Made by a program: the position numbers and the translations under genes
Origin: a virus
Direction: 5' to 3' (one strand)
IMG/VR virus record: IMGVR_UViG_3300037851_000399
Coordinates: 1 to 32,625 of that record
Length of the DNA stretch: 32,625 nt
Notes under the pieces: generated by a model
Database searches by the model: none
What the model was told of the DNA's origin: nothing
What the model saw: only the letters and a program-made list of their open reading frames with translations
Part shown: in pieces, positions 23,929 to 32,625 of the stretch
Layout of the letters: each line of letters opens with the position of its first letter
How positions within the stretch are numbered: position 1 is the first letter of the stretch

Positions 23929-24965
23929 AAAATGAATTGCTGGAAAAAATAAAAAAAGAGGGTGGATATCAGGACGTAGAAATCGGCGGAATCAAGGAAT
24001 GGAACGGCTGGCGAAACTGCGACGATCGGTGGGACGTGATAAAGCCGGCGCTTTCCGGAGCCAAAACAATGCTTGACTTCGGGTCGCATTACGGCTTTTT
24101 TTCTTTGCGCGCGGCGCGTGAGCTGGGGATAGCCGTGCTTTCAATCGAGGGTGGTGAGGCCCGGGCCGAAATACAGCAAGACGTCCTGCGTGAGAATAAC
24201 GAAAAGCGTGTGGCATTATGCCGCCGGCAGATGGGCCTACCGGATTGGATAGGACTGCTACGATCCTGCGAGGGCATCGATGCGATTTTGGCGCTTTCTG
24301 TCATGCATTACTTTTCGCCGGCTGAACTGATAAGCATGCTGTGGATATTCTCGCAGATATCGCCTGTTTTGGTAGTGGAATGGCCACGGCCGGAGGAGAA
24401 TGCGCCAAACGCCAATTGGACGCGGGAAATCGGCGATTTGAGCGATAAACTGGCTATGTTTTATGAGGACATCCAAAAGATAGCCGAGAAGCCGGGCGCC
24501 AAGCCGGGATCAATGCGGACGATTTACAGGGCAAGCAATAAAAAGATATTTAGAAACGCGGCCGGAAGCTACCTGACATTTAAGAACCGGACACGAAAAC
24601 ATGCGCTGGCGAATTTCGGTGGGAAATGGTGCCTCGATATGCAGATGCCGGGGGCGTGGAAGCCGGGAATCAATCTACAGACGATGCTGGAGCTTGGGCT
24701 TATTTGGCCGGACAAGGAAATGTTAGCAAAGGAAATAACAGAAAAATATTGGGCGCTTTTGAAAACCACCGCCGGGATCCTGACGGACGTCCATCCGCGC
24801 AATGTGATATTCGGCCCGGCCGGTCTTGAGATTTTGGATTTTACGGAAAGCGCTGGACAGGATATTTACGGCGTGGCGTGGGAGCAATACCGTAATATGC
24901 TCCTAACGATTGAGGAATCGCGTTTGCGCGAAATAATTTCAAACAGAATTAACGGAGGAGATTAA
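23925..24965 (+). CDS. Two-domain enzyme: SAM-methyltransferase-like N-terminus plus a kinase-like (APH/PK-fold) C-terminus.
   Basis: MLDFGSHYGFF looks like motif I. DVHPRNVIFGPAGLEILDF resembles the catalytic loop HPxN…DF of small-molecule kinases. Confidence 0.4.
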   Translation: MKNELLEKIKKEGGYQDVEIGGIKEWNGWRNCDDRWDVIKPALSGAKTMLDFGSHYGFFSLRAARELGIAVLSIEGGEARAEIQQDVLRENNEKRVALCRRQMGLPDWIGLLRSCEGIDAILALSVMHYFSPAELISMLWIFSQISPVLVVEWPRPEENAPNANWTREIGDLSDKLAMFYEDIQKIAEKPGAKPGSMRTIYRASNKKIFRNAAGSYLTFKNRTRKHALANFGGKWCLDMQMPGAWKPGINLQTMLELGLIWPDKEMLAKEITEKYWALLKTTAGILTDVHPRNVIFGPAGLEILDFTESAGQDIYGVAWEQYRNMLLTIEESRLREIISNRINGGD

Positions 24966-24966
24966 T

Positions 24967-25677
24967 ATGATAAAGAAAATTGGAAACTTTGAATGCCATC
25001 TGCGCGATGATGAATCGTTTGACGCGCGGATTTTTGATGAGGTAGTGCGCGACAATATTTACAGAATCGGCCAAGCGACAATGCCGAAGTCAGGAACGTT
25101 CACAATGATTGACGCCGGCGCACATATCGGAATAGCCAGCTTATTCGTCGCCTCGGTAGCAGACCAGCTTGGATTGGACTTCCGGATATATTCCATGGAG
25201 CCATTGAGGAAAAATTTTGAAATGCTCCGCGAGAATATCGAACGGAATGGACTGGAATCAAAAATAACAGCAATCCCATTTGCATTGGCGCCTTTCACCG
25301 GCCCGGCCAAGCTGATGCAAAATAAGGAAAATTCCGGTGGTAGTGCCATGCGACCGGACGGCGACACGGACATCGATACCAAAAGAATGGAGGACATAGC
25401 GGATGAGTTTGGCATCAAACGCGCAGATCTTTTGAAGCTGGATATTGAGGGGATGGAATACGCGAATATTTTGAGCTGGTCGGACGAAACGCTGGGAATA
25501 TTTGACCAGATCGTGGCAGAAATCCACGGATTTGTCATTCGAAGCGAGGGCTTGGGATTTTATCAATCATTTATAGAAAAATTAAATCGGCAATTCGACG
25601 TTGAGGTTTTGGGAACGCCGATGGACGGAGGAAATATATATGGAAAAAAAAGAACAGCTACCGCCGCGACTGATTAA
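24967..25677 (+). CDS. FkbM-family methyltransferase.
   Basis: MIDAGAHIGIASLF…MEPL…LLKLDIEGMEYANIL. Confidence 0.7.
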   Translation: MIKKIGNFECHLRDDESFDARIFDEVVRDNIYRIGQATMPKSGTFTMIDAGAHIGIASLFVASVADQLGLDFRIYSMEPLRKNFEMLRENIERNGLESKITAIPFALAPFTGPAKLMQNKENSGGSAMRPDGDTDIDTKRMEDIADEFGIKRADLLKLDIEGMEYANILSWSDETLGIFDQIVAEIHGFVIRSEGLGFYQSFIEKLNRQFDVEVLGTPMDGGNIYGKKRTATAATD

Positions 25678-26731
25678 GAAGTACAAAGGCGCCGGGCTGG
25701 GGATAATTGGCCGAGGCGACAATACCGGATTGGGAATTGAAACGTGGGAGATGGCGAAAAACTTTCCTGAGGCCAAAGTTTTGCTTGTGGACTTCTCCGG
25801 CCAGCCAAGAATGGATAGGCAGATTTATAAATTATTCCCGCAACGATTCCACCGGCCAATAATAATATCGGGCGCGCCAACAGATGCGGATTTAAAAGAT
25901 TTCTTCACCGGCCTAAGTTTGATATTCACAATCGAAACGCCATACAATAGCAACCTGTACCGACTGGCGCGCGAGCGCGGAATAAAAAGCGTCTTGCGTG
26001 TGAATTATGAATGGCTGGAAAACTTTGCCGATCCGCCGGATTATTATATTGCGCCAAGTTTGTGGTATTATAAAAATATACCGAAGCCAAAAAGCTATAT
26101 CCCATTTCCGGTGAATACTGACCTGATAAAATTTAAAAAGCGCGTATTTGCTAAGCGATTTCTGCATATCGCGGGTAACCGTAAGGCGGCATACGATAGA
26201 AATGGAACGGAGCTGTTGATAAAGGCAATCCCGCTCATCAAAGCCAAGGAGATTGAGATAATAATCCGGAGCCAAGTACCAATACCGGAAGTGATAAACG
26301 ATAGGCGAGTGACGGTTTTGGCTGGCGACGTGGAGAATTATTGGGAAATATGGGACACCAAGGCAGACGTGCTTGTCCTGCCTCGGCGATATGCCGGCCA
26401 AAGTTTGCCAATAAACGAAGCCATGGCCGCCGGATTGGCCATAGTTTCCTCGGACATGGGGCCACAAAATGAATTCCTGCCAACAGATTTGCTTGTACCT
26501 GTGGAAAATTTTGATGAAATAATGATAAAGAATCCGATTGAAATCGCCAATATCCGGCCGGAAACGCTGGCCGCCAAGATCGATGAGATAGCCCATAAGG
26601 ATATCCGCGCATACTCAGAGGCAAGCGGCCGAATTGCCGAGGAATGGAGCTGGAAATCGTTGAGCTTTAAATATAAGAATTTATTTACAAACCTATGCCC
26701 GCACTTTATCTCACCACTAAGGACAAAGTAA
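25640..26731 (+). CDS. Family-1 (GT4-like) glycosyltransferase.
   Basis: …VLVLPRRYAGQSLPINEAMAAGLAIVSSD… is Ex7E-type. The ATG at 25640 is the likely start. Confidence 0.7.
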   Translation: MEKKEQLPPRLIKKYKGAGLGIIGRGDNTGLGIETWEMAKNFPEAKVLLVDFSGQPRMDRQIYKLFPQRFHRPIIISGAPTDADLKDFFTGLSLIFTIETPYNSNLYRLARERGIKSVLRVNYEWLENFADPPDYYIAPSLWYYKNIPKPKSYIPFPVNTDLIKFKKRVFAKRFLHIAGNRKAAYDRNGTELLIKAIPLIKAKEIEIIIRSQVPIPEVINDRRVTVLAGDVENYWEIWDTKADVLVLPRRYAGQSLPINEAMAAGLAIVSSDMGPQNEFLPTDLLVPVENFDEIMIKNPIEIANIRPETLAAKIDEIAHKDIRAYSEASGRIAEEWSWKSLSFKYKNLFTNLCPHFISPLRTK

Positions 26732-27255
26732 AAGCCCACGCCGGTATCACCGGATCCGGCGACGATACAATCCTCGCAACACTATGCGAGCAGATTACGG
26801 CATTCATAGAGCGCTACACCGCGCGCACCGTGACGGAAGTAACCGTCGAGGATGAAATCCACGATGCCGATGATTTCAAGCATTACCTCCGCCTAAATAG
26901 ATTTCCGATCAAGGAGATGACCGCGCTGGAGGAACGCGATGATATAAGCGATACTACGTGGGCAACGATTCCGGCCGACGAATATGATGTGGAAAAAAAC
27001 AAGGGCGTGATTTATTTTGAGGACAGACGCTATGGAAAACGGAATATCAGCGCATCTTATAAAGCCGGCCTGATGACCGTGCCGCTGGATTTGGAATTGA
27101 TAGCGACAAAACTCGTGGCTAAGATTTATAATAAGCGTAAAAGTGAGGGCATTACGCGCGAACAGATGGATGCGGCAAGCGTGGATTGGGCCGGATTTTT
27201 GCAAGATGAGGATAAACTGATTCTCGATAGCTATAAACGAAGCGCACTCGTATGA
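26695..27255 (+). CDS. Head-tail connector (gp6-like / DNA-packaging QLRG-type) protein.
   Basis: N-terminus LTTKDKVKAHAGITGSGDDTILATLCEQITAFIERYT, plus its position. Confidence 0.65.
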   Translation: MPALYLTTKDKVKAHAGITGSGDDTILATLCEQITAFIERYTARTVTEVTVEDEIHDADDFKHYLRLNRFPIKEMTALEERDDISDTTWATIPADEYDVEKNKGVIYFEDRRYGKRNISASYKAGLMTVPLDLELIATKLVAKIYNKRKSEGITREQMDAASVDWAGFLQDEDKLILDSYKRSALV

Positions 27256-27569
27256 ACTTCTTTTTTGACACTACAATCACCGTGGAGCATTTGGCCGATA
27301 GCGATTCCGGCACGATAAAAGAGGCGTACACGGCCGGCACTACGATATATGGAATGATTCAGCGCATAAGCGCCGATGACGTCATGCTTTCCGATGGCGA
27401 TCCGGCCAAGAGCGCCGTGCTTTATGTGCCGTACGGAAGCGATTTGCGCGACCATGACAGAATCACGGCCGACGGAATAAAATACATAGTAAAGGGTGCG
27501 GCTAATCAGAAAGGAACCGGGCGCCGGCCACAATACATGAAAGCAATCATTGAAAAAATGAGAAGTTAA
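27252..27569 (+). CDS. Head-closure / head-tail adaptor protein.
   Basis: Size, ATGA-type coupling to the upstream gene, and position. Confidence 0.55.
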   Translation: MNFFFDTTITVEHLADSDSGTIKEAYTAGTTIYGMIQRISADDVMLSDGDPAKSAVLYVPYGSDLRDHDRITADGIKYIVKGAANQKGTGRRPQYMKAIIEKMRS

Positions 27570-27579
27570 AATCAATTTT

Positions 27580-28023
27580 ATGTATACGATTGAGGTGAAA
27601 AATTTAGAGGAACTGCAAAGGCGGTTCGCGGAATCACCTCGAATCGTCGGGGCAGAATTAGAATGGGCAACGAAAGAATCGGGTAAAGAAATCCTCAGGA
27701 CGGAAGTAAGCGAAGCTCCGCATGACACTGGCAACCTGCAACAGAGCGTGGAAATGCAATATAAGCCGATTCAAGTTATCGTGGGGCCGAGAGCAAACTA
27801 TGCTCTGGCCATAGAAAAAGGGACAAGACCGCACAAGGTATCGGCGACAGCATTGACCGGATGGGCGCGCCGGCACGGAATGAATCCATATCTTGTGGCC
27901 CGGGCCATAGCACGGAAAGGCACAAAGGCCAATCCATTTGTAAAGCGGACGGTGGAACAAGTCGCCGGGCCGATCAATAAATTCTTCAAAAAAGCGCTAC
28001 AAAATATAATTGGACAATTATGA
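27580..28023 (+). CDS. HK97 gp10-like tail-completion / neck protein.
   Basis: …APHDTGNLQQSV…GPRANYALAIEKGT… pattern. Confidence 0.65.
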   Translation: MYTIEVKNLEELQRRFAESPRIVGAELEWATKESGKEILRTEVSEAPHDTGNLQQSVEMQYKPIQVIVGPRANYALAIEKGTRPHKVSATALTGWARRHGMNPYLVARAIARKGTKANPFVKRTVEQVAGPINKFFKKALQNIIGQL

Positions 28024-28430
28024 CGGATAATTTTACAGCCACCAAAAACGCAGTGCTGGCAAAGCTCCAAGGACTGACAAAGCTGAAATACGTATACGCC
28101 TATGAAAAAGGTGAGAAGCCCGGCTTTCCGACATGCACGCTTTACGGATCAGAATATATTGCCGATTGGACTACGAACTTTCACGATTTGGATACGTATG
28201 TTTTTACAATCCGCGTGTATCAAGAAATGGCTACGCGCGGAGCCGAGTCCGCCGAGGCGATTATTGACAATGCGTTGATAGAACTCATACAAGCATTTCA
28301 AACGGATTATACTTTGGGAGGAAAAATTGATAAAATGTCAATAAGGGCGCGAAAGGGATGGGTGACGGCAGAAACGGAGAACCGAATCGCCGAGATCACG
28401 CTTACAACCTCGAAATTAGTGGCGATCTAA
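28020..28430 (+). CDS. Tail terminator-like protein.
   Basis: Position and size, with ATGA coupling to the upstream gene. Confidence 0.5.
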   Translation: MTDNFTATKNAVLAKLQGLTKLKYVYAYEKGEKPGFPTCTLYGSEYIADWTTNFHDLDTYVFTIRVYQEMATRGAESAEAIIDNALIELIQAFQTDYTLGGKIDKMSIRARKGWVTAETENRIAEITLTTSKLVAI

Positions 28431-28431
28431 T

Positions 28432-28560
28432 ATGGAAAAACGAATACAGAATAAAGCTGAGCGCATAGATCCGTGGGATCCGTATCCGGAGAATCATTGG
28501 CGGAAATACAAAAAGAAGAAAAATAAGAAGATAGAACATAAAAAATTAACCGGGCAATAA
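28432..28560 (+). CDS. Tiny basic ORF (42 aa). Not in the track.
   Basis: Hand translation gives MEKRIQNKAERIDPWDPYPENHWRKYKKKKNKKIEHKKLTGQ. Confidence 0.3.
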   Translation: MEKRIQNKAERIDPWDPYPENHWRKYKKKKNKKIEHKKLTGQ

Positions 28561-28573
28561 GCCCACGAAAAAT

Positions 28574-29548
28574 ATGACACAATTCATTGGCCGGCTCAGG
28601 AGAGTCGGTATCGCAAAGGAGAACGTAAAAGGAACCGGCGTCGTGCCGGCTTATTGGCTTCCGCTAACTGCGGCAGACCTGAATCCGGTGGTAGAAACGA
28701 AATTGAAAGAGGGCGCGATAGGGCGCATTGAGGATGCCTACGATTCCGACGTGGTGAGCAAGCATAATAGCCCGGCGCTTGAGGGGTACCTGACGGATAA
28801 AGCCGTTGGACTTTTACTCTTGGCCGCATTGGGTCAGGTTTCGTCAGCATTAAAAGGTGGCGAGAGCGCGGTATATGAACATACATACATAATAAAAAAT
28901 GACAATGACCATCCGGCGCTCACGCTTTCATTTGCCGATCCGGTTTATGGGAAATGGCTTCAATACGCCATGCTAAACAAGCTGGATATCGAGGCGAAAG
29001 TGAATGACTACGTGCAATTTAAATCTGAATTCCTTTCAAAGCTCGAAGCTACCAAGACCGGACTCACGCCGGCGGCATCAAACGAGAACGCCTTTGTGCC
29101 TCGTCACATAACCGTAAAAATCGCCGACAACGTAGCCGGCCTTGGTGCCGCGAGCGCTGTCGCGCTTCAATCCATAAGATTGGGATTTGGCAAGAATGCC
29201 GAGGCGGTTTATACATTTGGTAGCAATGAGCCGAACACGATTGTAAATAAGGAATTCGCACTTGAGGGCGACCTCGAAGCGGTTGTGGCCGATGCAACAT
29301 GGCGCGATTTATACCTTGGCAACACCACGAAAGCTATGCAGATTGCCATTACAAGCGACGTGACAATCGGATCGGCCAGCAATCCATCAATCGTAATCAC
29401 GCTGAATTCCGTGAAATTCACTACCTACAAAGACGGCGCCGGTAACAAGGATTTGATAAAAGAACAGGTCGGCTTCAAGGTTTTGTATAACGTGTCGGAT
29501 GCCAAGGCAATCGGCGTTATTTTGACCAATGACGTCGCCAGCTACTAA
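28574..29548 (+). CDS. Major tail (tube) protein.
   Basis: 324 aa, immediately upstream of the chaperone and tape-measure genes. Confidence 0.7.
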   Translation: MTQFIGRLRRVGIAKENVKGTGVVPAYWLPLTAADLNPVVETKLKEGAIGRIEDAYDSDVVSKHNSPALEGYLTDKAVGLLLLAALGQVSSALKGGESAVYEHTYIIKNDNDHPALTLSFADPVYGKWLQYAMLNKLDIEAKVNDYVQFKSEFLSKLEATKTGLTPAASNENAFVPRHITVKIADNVAGLGAASAVALQSIRLGFGKNAEAVYTFGSNEPNTIVNKEFALEGDLEAVVADATWRDLYLGNTTKAMQIAITSDVTIGSASNPSIVITLNSVKFTTYKDGAGNKDLIKEQVGFKVLYNVSDAKAIGVILTNDVASY

Positions 29549-29550
29549 CT

Positions 29551-29898
29551 ATGAATCGAGAATTGCGGAAAATTAAACTGCCGATATCCGGATGCACGGC
29601 GCTCATTATTACATTTTGGAGCTGGGGTGAACAGCAAGAATTGGCCCGGGCGCTTTTGGGTGATACATCAATCCCCGCTGGCTCCACGGCCGAGGATATC
29701 AAGGCGGTCATGGGTAACATAAAGGCGGACAAGGGAATAGACCTGCAGAAAAAAACGCTCGAATTGGCTATTAAGGAACTGTGCGATCCTGCCGGCCAAG
29801 CCATAGACAAAAAGGAGGTCCTCGATTTGCCGCCAAAAGACGTCGAGCTGATATTCGCTGAATTGCAGAAACTCGATGAGCAAAAAAAAACTGCCTAA
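29551..29898 (+). CDS. Tail assembly chaperone (G-like).
   Basis: Located between the tube and tape-measure genes. It ends just after an A9 slippery run. Confidence 0.7.
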   Translation: MNRELRKIKLPISGCTALIITFWSWGEQQELARALLGDTSIPAGSTAEDIKAVMGNIKADKGIDLQKKTLELAIKELCDPAGQAIDKKEVLDLPPKDVELIFAELQKLDEQKKTA

Positions 29899-30095
29899 GC
29901 GAGATTGAAAAGATTTTGAGATTCAAACGGCAATTTCACAATTCGCCGGAAGCCATAACAATGATAAATACCGCGCGCATTTGCGAGCGGTATCACTGCT
30001 TGCCATCGGCTGTCCGTGCTGAAAAAGCAAGCGATATCGAAGCGCTCCTGCGCATCATAGAACTTGATGCGGAAAATAAAAATATCAAAATATGA
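29551..30095 (+). CDS. Tail assembly chaperone -1 frameshift product (GT-like).
   Basis: After the slip on A9 (29882..29890), the -1 frame is open for 68 codons (NCLSEIEKILRFKRQ…ENKNIKI) up to the TGA at 30093..30095, which overlaps the tape-measure ATG. Confidence 0.65.
29882..29890 (+). other. Slippery homopolymer (A9) for programmed -1 frameshifting.
   Basis: C AAA AAA AAA C sits 3 codons before the zero-frame stop. Confidence 0.65.
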
Positions 30096-31720
30096 ATGAG
30101 GAGCTAAACATAATTTTGAAAGCAAAAGATGAAGCCAGCAAGGTGGTTGAAGATTTGAGCAAAAAGACAGAGCAATCTTTTGCGCAGATAGCAAAAACCG
30201 TGGGAACCGCAATGACAATCGCCGGTGGAGCCATCACCGGCGTTTTGGCTTTGACGGTAAAATCGGCGGCGGAAGCTGAAAGAAAAAGGGCGCAATTTGA
30301 TGCGACATTAAAGAATGTGGAGGGGACTACGGATGACGTACGGAAAGCGCTTATCGACGCGGCAGACGCCACCACCAAGCTCGGATTTGATAATGAGGAG
30401 GCGGCGGTACGATTGGCGCAGTTTTATCAGCGTACTGGCGACGTGACAGAGGCAATCAAGCTGAATAATTTGGCCATGGATTTATCGCGAGCGAAAAATG
30501 TTGACCTTGCGACAGCCAGCCAGCTCATAACAATGGCAATGTCGGGCGCCGGCCGCGTGTTAAAGCAATACGGAATAGAAATAAAGGATTCGGCCACACC
30601 GCTCGAAGCGCTGGGGATTCTACATCAAAAGGTTGGGGGGCAAGCCGATGCCTTTGCCAAGACATACGCCGGATCAATGGAGATTCTACAAAACAGATTA
30701 GGAGATTTGCGCGAACAGATAGGTGAGGCATTTTTGCCGATGCTAACTCAGCTGGCCGGAGAGGTATCGGATATAATCACCAAGGTTCAAGAATGGGCAA
30801 AGGCGCATCCGGAACTTTTTGATAAAATCGTGCAATTCACGGCCGGAGCCGGACTTTTGGCATTGGCGCTGGGAGCTGTAGGGATGGCACTGCCTGTCAT
30901 AATTTCCGGTGTGACATTGCTCGCTGGGCCGGTAGGAATTGTAATAGCCGGAATCGGATTTCTGACTGCGGTAATGTGGGAACTTTATCAACAAGGACTT
31001 CTTACGCGTGAATTTTTATCAACACTCATAAGGACAATTGAGGAAAAAACAAACGTGATATCAATGGCAAAAGCGGCGTGGCAAGTCATAGTAAAAATGT
31101 GGAACGAAATGGTAATGCCAGCATTGCGGAATCTTTGGGAAACGTTAAAGCCATACGTGCCATATCTACAAGAATTTGGAAAGGCAATCGGAATCACGCT
31201 CGTCGCCTCGTTCAATATTTTAATAGCACTGATAAGCGGAGCCGTGCTCGGTGCGTTATTTGCCTTAACAACCGCATTGGACGGCATCGACTTTTTAATA
31301 AAAACCGTTAGAGGAGCGCTCGAATCTTTTGGCGACGGATGGAGGGCGATCGGCGAAGCGGTGGGATGGGTGGTCGGTAAACTTGAAGACTTGATTGAAG
31401 CCGCCGTCCGAGCGGCATCGGCGCTGGGGAACGTTCTAAACAAAAGCGGAGCTGGAGGAATTTTGGGAGGAATTGCAAGCGGTATTGGCGGAATAGCTCT
31501 TGGGATGATTCCAAAATTTGCCACCGGCGGAATAGTGACTCAGCCCACGCTGGCTATGGTGGGAGAGGCCGGGCCGGAGGCAATCGTTCCGCTCCGGTCA
31601 GGATTCGGCTCCGGAAATATAACCGTAAACGTAAACGGCGGATATTATTTGTCCGATGACGCCGCGCGCGACATGGCCGACAAAATTGTCGACCGCCTGA
31701 AATTACAGCGGAGAATATGA
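30092..31720 (+). CDS. Tape measure protein (542 aa).
   Basis: Helical N-terminus, central hydrophobic segments, Gly-rich C-terminus, and position. Confidence 0.8.
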   Translation: MNEELNIILKAKDEASKVVEDLSKKTEQSFAQIAKTVGTAMTIAGGAITGVLALTVKSAAEAERKRAQFDATLKNVEGTTDDVRKALIDAADATTKLGFDNEEAAVRLAQFYQRTGDVTEAIKLNNLAMDLSRAKNVDLATASQLITMAMSGAGRVLKQYGIEIKDSATPLEALGILHQKVGGQADAFAKTYAGSMEILQNRLGDLREQIGEAFLPMLTQLAGEVSDIITKVQEWAKAHPELFDKIVQFTAGAGLLALALGAVGMALPVIISGVTLLAGPVGIVIAGIGFLTAVMWELYQQGLLTREFLSTLIRTIEEKTNVISMAKAAWQVIVKMWNEMVMPALRNLWETLKPYVPYLQEFGKAIGITLVASFNILIALISGAVLGALFALTTALDGIDFLIKTVRGALESFGDGWRAIGEAVGWVVGKLEDLIEAAVRAASALGNVLNKSGAGGILGGIASGIGGIALGMIPKFATGGIVTQPTLAMVGEAGPEAIVPLRSGFGSGNITVNVNGGYYLSDDAARDMADKIVDRLKLQRRI

Positions 31721-32625
31721 TAATAAAAATCAACAGTAATGACATCACCTCGGCCGTTATCCTTGACTCATTCAGAATCGAACAGGTAATAAGCAAGGAG
31801 GCCGATAACCTAAAAATGACTCTGATTGATCCGGCGAACGCGCCGGAAATTTTGCAAGAGGTGGAAGTTAAAGACGACGATGACGATATTATTTTTGGCG
31901 GCGTGGTCGCAAGCATTTATACAAAAAATGTATCGCAGAAAATTACATACGATTTGGTTTGCAAGGATTACACGGAATTAATGGACGGCAAGTACGTGGT
32001 GGAAAGTTACGAGGATAAGACCGCCAATGAAATTATTGCCGACATTCAAAGCAAGTATTTACCGGCCGGAATCACAATCACGAATGTGGATTGCGACACG
32101 GAACTTGCTTACGTGGCATTCAATTATGAGAAGCCATCAAAATGCCTCGAACGGCTGGCCGAGCTTTGTCTCGCCGATTGGTATATTGATTACAATAAAG
32201 ATATCCATTTTTTTCTGCGCGCCGACAATCCGGCGCCGTTTGGCTTGACGGACGATAACAATAATTACGAATCGTCCTCGCTCGTGACAAAAGAGGATGC
32301 CTCGCAGATTAAAAACACCATATACGTGCGAGGCGGAGAATACAAAGGTGCGTCATATACGGAAAAACAGCTCGCAGACGGCGATCAGACAACATTCAAT
32401 CTTGCCTACAGATATTCCGGCCTCACCGTAACCGTGGACTCGGTAGCGCAAGACGTGGGCATAGATTTCTTGGATGACGAAGCAGACCATGATTGCCTAT
32501 ACAATTTTGAAATGAAAACTTTAAGATTCCGAAGCGATAACAAGCCGACCGCCGGCCAGCTCGTGGAGATCACCGGTCTGCCTTATATTCCGGTCTATAT
32601 AAAAAGCGAGGAATCGGCGAGCGTG
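31717..32625 (+). CDS. Tail-tip/baseplate protein in the Dit/Tal position, N-terminal part. It runs off the window end and continues at 2..688 (about 489 aa in total).
   Basis: The ATG at 31717 overlaps the tape-measure stop (ATGA). I translated the frame by hand and it stays open to 32625. The frame matches ORF 14..688 once the 127-bp overlap is applied. The ORF track misses it because there is no stop inside the window. Confidence 0.8.
   Translation, partial: MIIKINSNDITSAVILDSFRIEQVISKEADNLKMTLIDPANAPEILQEVEVKDDDDDIIFGGVVASIYTKNVSQKITYDLVCKDYTELMDGKYVVESYEDKTANEIIADIQSKYLPAGITITNVDCDTELAYVAFNYEKPSKCLERLAELCLADWYIDYNKDIHFFLRADNPAPFGLTDDNNNYESSSLVTKEDASQIKNTIYVRGGEYKGASYTEKQLADGDQTTFNLAYRYSGLTVTVDSVAQDVGIDFLDDEADHDCLYNFEMKTLRFRSDNKPTAGQLVEITGLPYIPVYIKSEESASV
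32499..32625. repeat. Terminal direct repeat, copy 2 (identical to 1..127).
   Basis: Exact 127-nt identity with the window start. This length is typical of a k-mer overlap on a circular contig. Confidence 0.95.

Noticed and set aside
1-32625. A search for CRISPR arrays, a diversity-generating retroelement, a retron, an integrase/att sites and toxin-antitoxin pairs.
   Set aside because: I saw no regularly spaced direct repeats, no reverse-transcriptase motif (YxDD) in any ORF, no tyrosine or serine recombinase motifs, and no template/variable repeat pair near the fibre genes.

Overview
The window is a complete, circularly closed genome of a tailed dsDNA phage. The first 127 bp are identical to the last 127 bp, which gives a unit length of 32,498 bp. 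The phage is HK97-fold and siphovirus-like, and every convincing gene lies on the + strand. Gene order is as follows. Tail tip and fibre genes span the window junction (31717..wrap..2667). A lysis cassette follows at 2907..4085 (two small membrane proteins plus an M23 peptidase). Next come a tRNA-like gene with an abnormal anticodon arm (4087..4181), a terminator, and a ~120-nt candidate sRNA bounded by its own promoter and terminator. A consensus sigma70-type early promoter then drives a ~125-nt structured leader. The early module spans 4620..12695: small Zn-finger/HTH/RHH proteins, a Sak4-like ATPase, a VRR-NUC nuclease and two DNA methyltransferases. The packaging and head module spans 12700..19671: TerS, TerL, a portal-MuF fusion, the prohead protease and the HK97-type major capsid protein. 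A ~7-kb accessory island (19.7-26.7 kb) sits between the capsid gene and the head-tail connector genes. Connector, tail tube, G/GT chaperone and tape-measure genes occupy 26695..31720. No integrase, reverse transcriptase or CRISPR array was seen. The most unusual item is in the ParB-methyltransferase gene, which is split at its conserved HP|TxKP motif by a 259-codon mini-intein. The central part of that intein is dual-coding: in another frame it holds a complete HNH homing-endonuclease gene with its own consensus promoter. Other items worth follow-up are listed here.
- A virion-proximal glycosyltransferase/methyltransferase/kinase-like cassette lies next to three paralogous beta-sandwich proteins.
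- A second HNH gene has no usable start codon in its own frame; the only upstream ATG is one nucleotide out of frame, across an A7 run.
- An A10 run sits at the portal/MuF domain boundary.
- The tRNA carries a 21-nt insertion.
- Two candidate regulatory RNAs lie between the late and early modules.
All functional calls come from motif recognition by eye; no database search was run.
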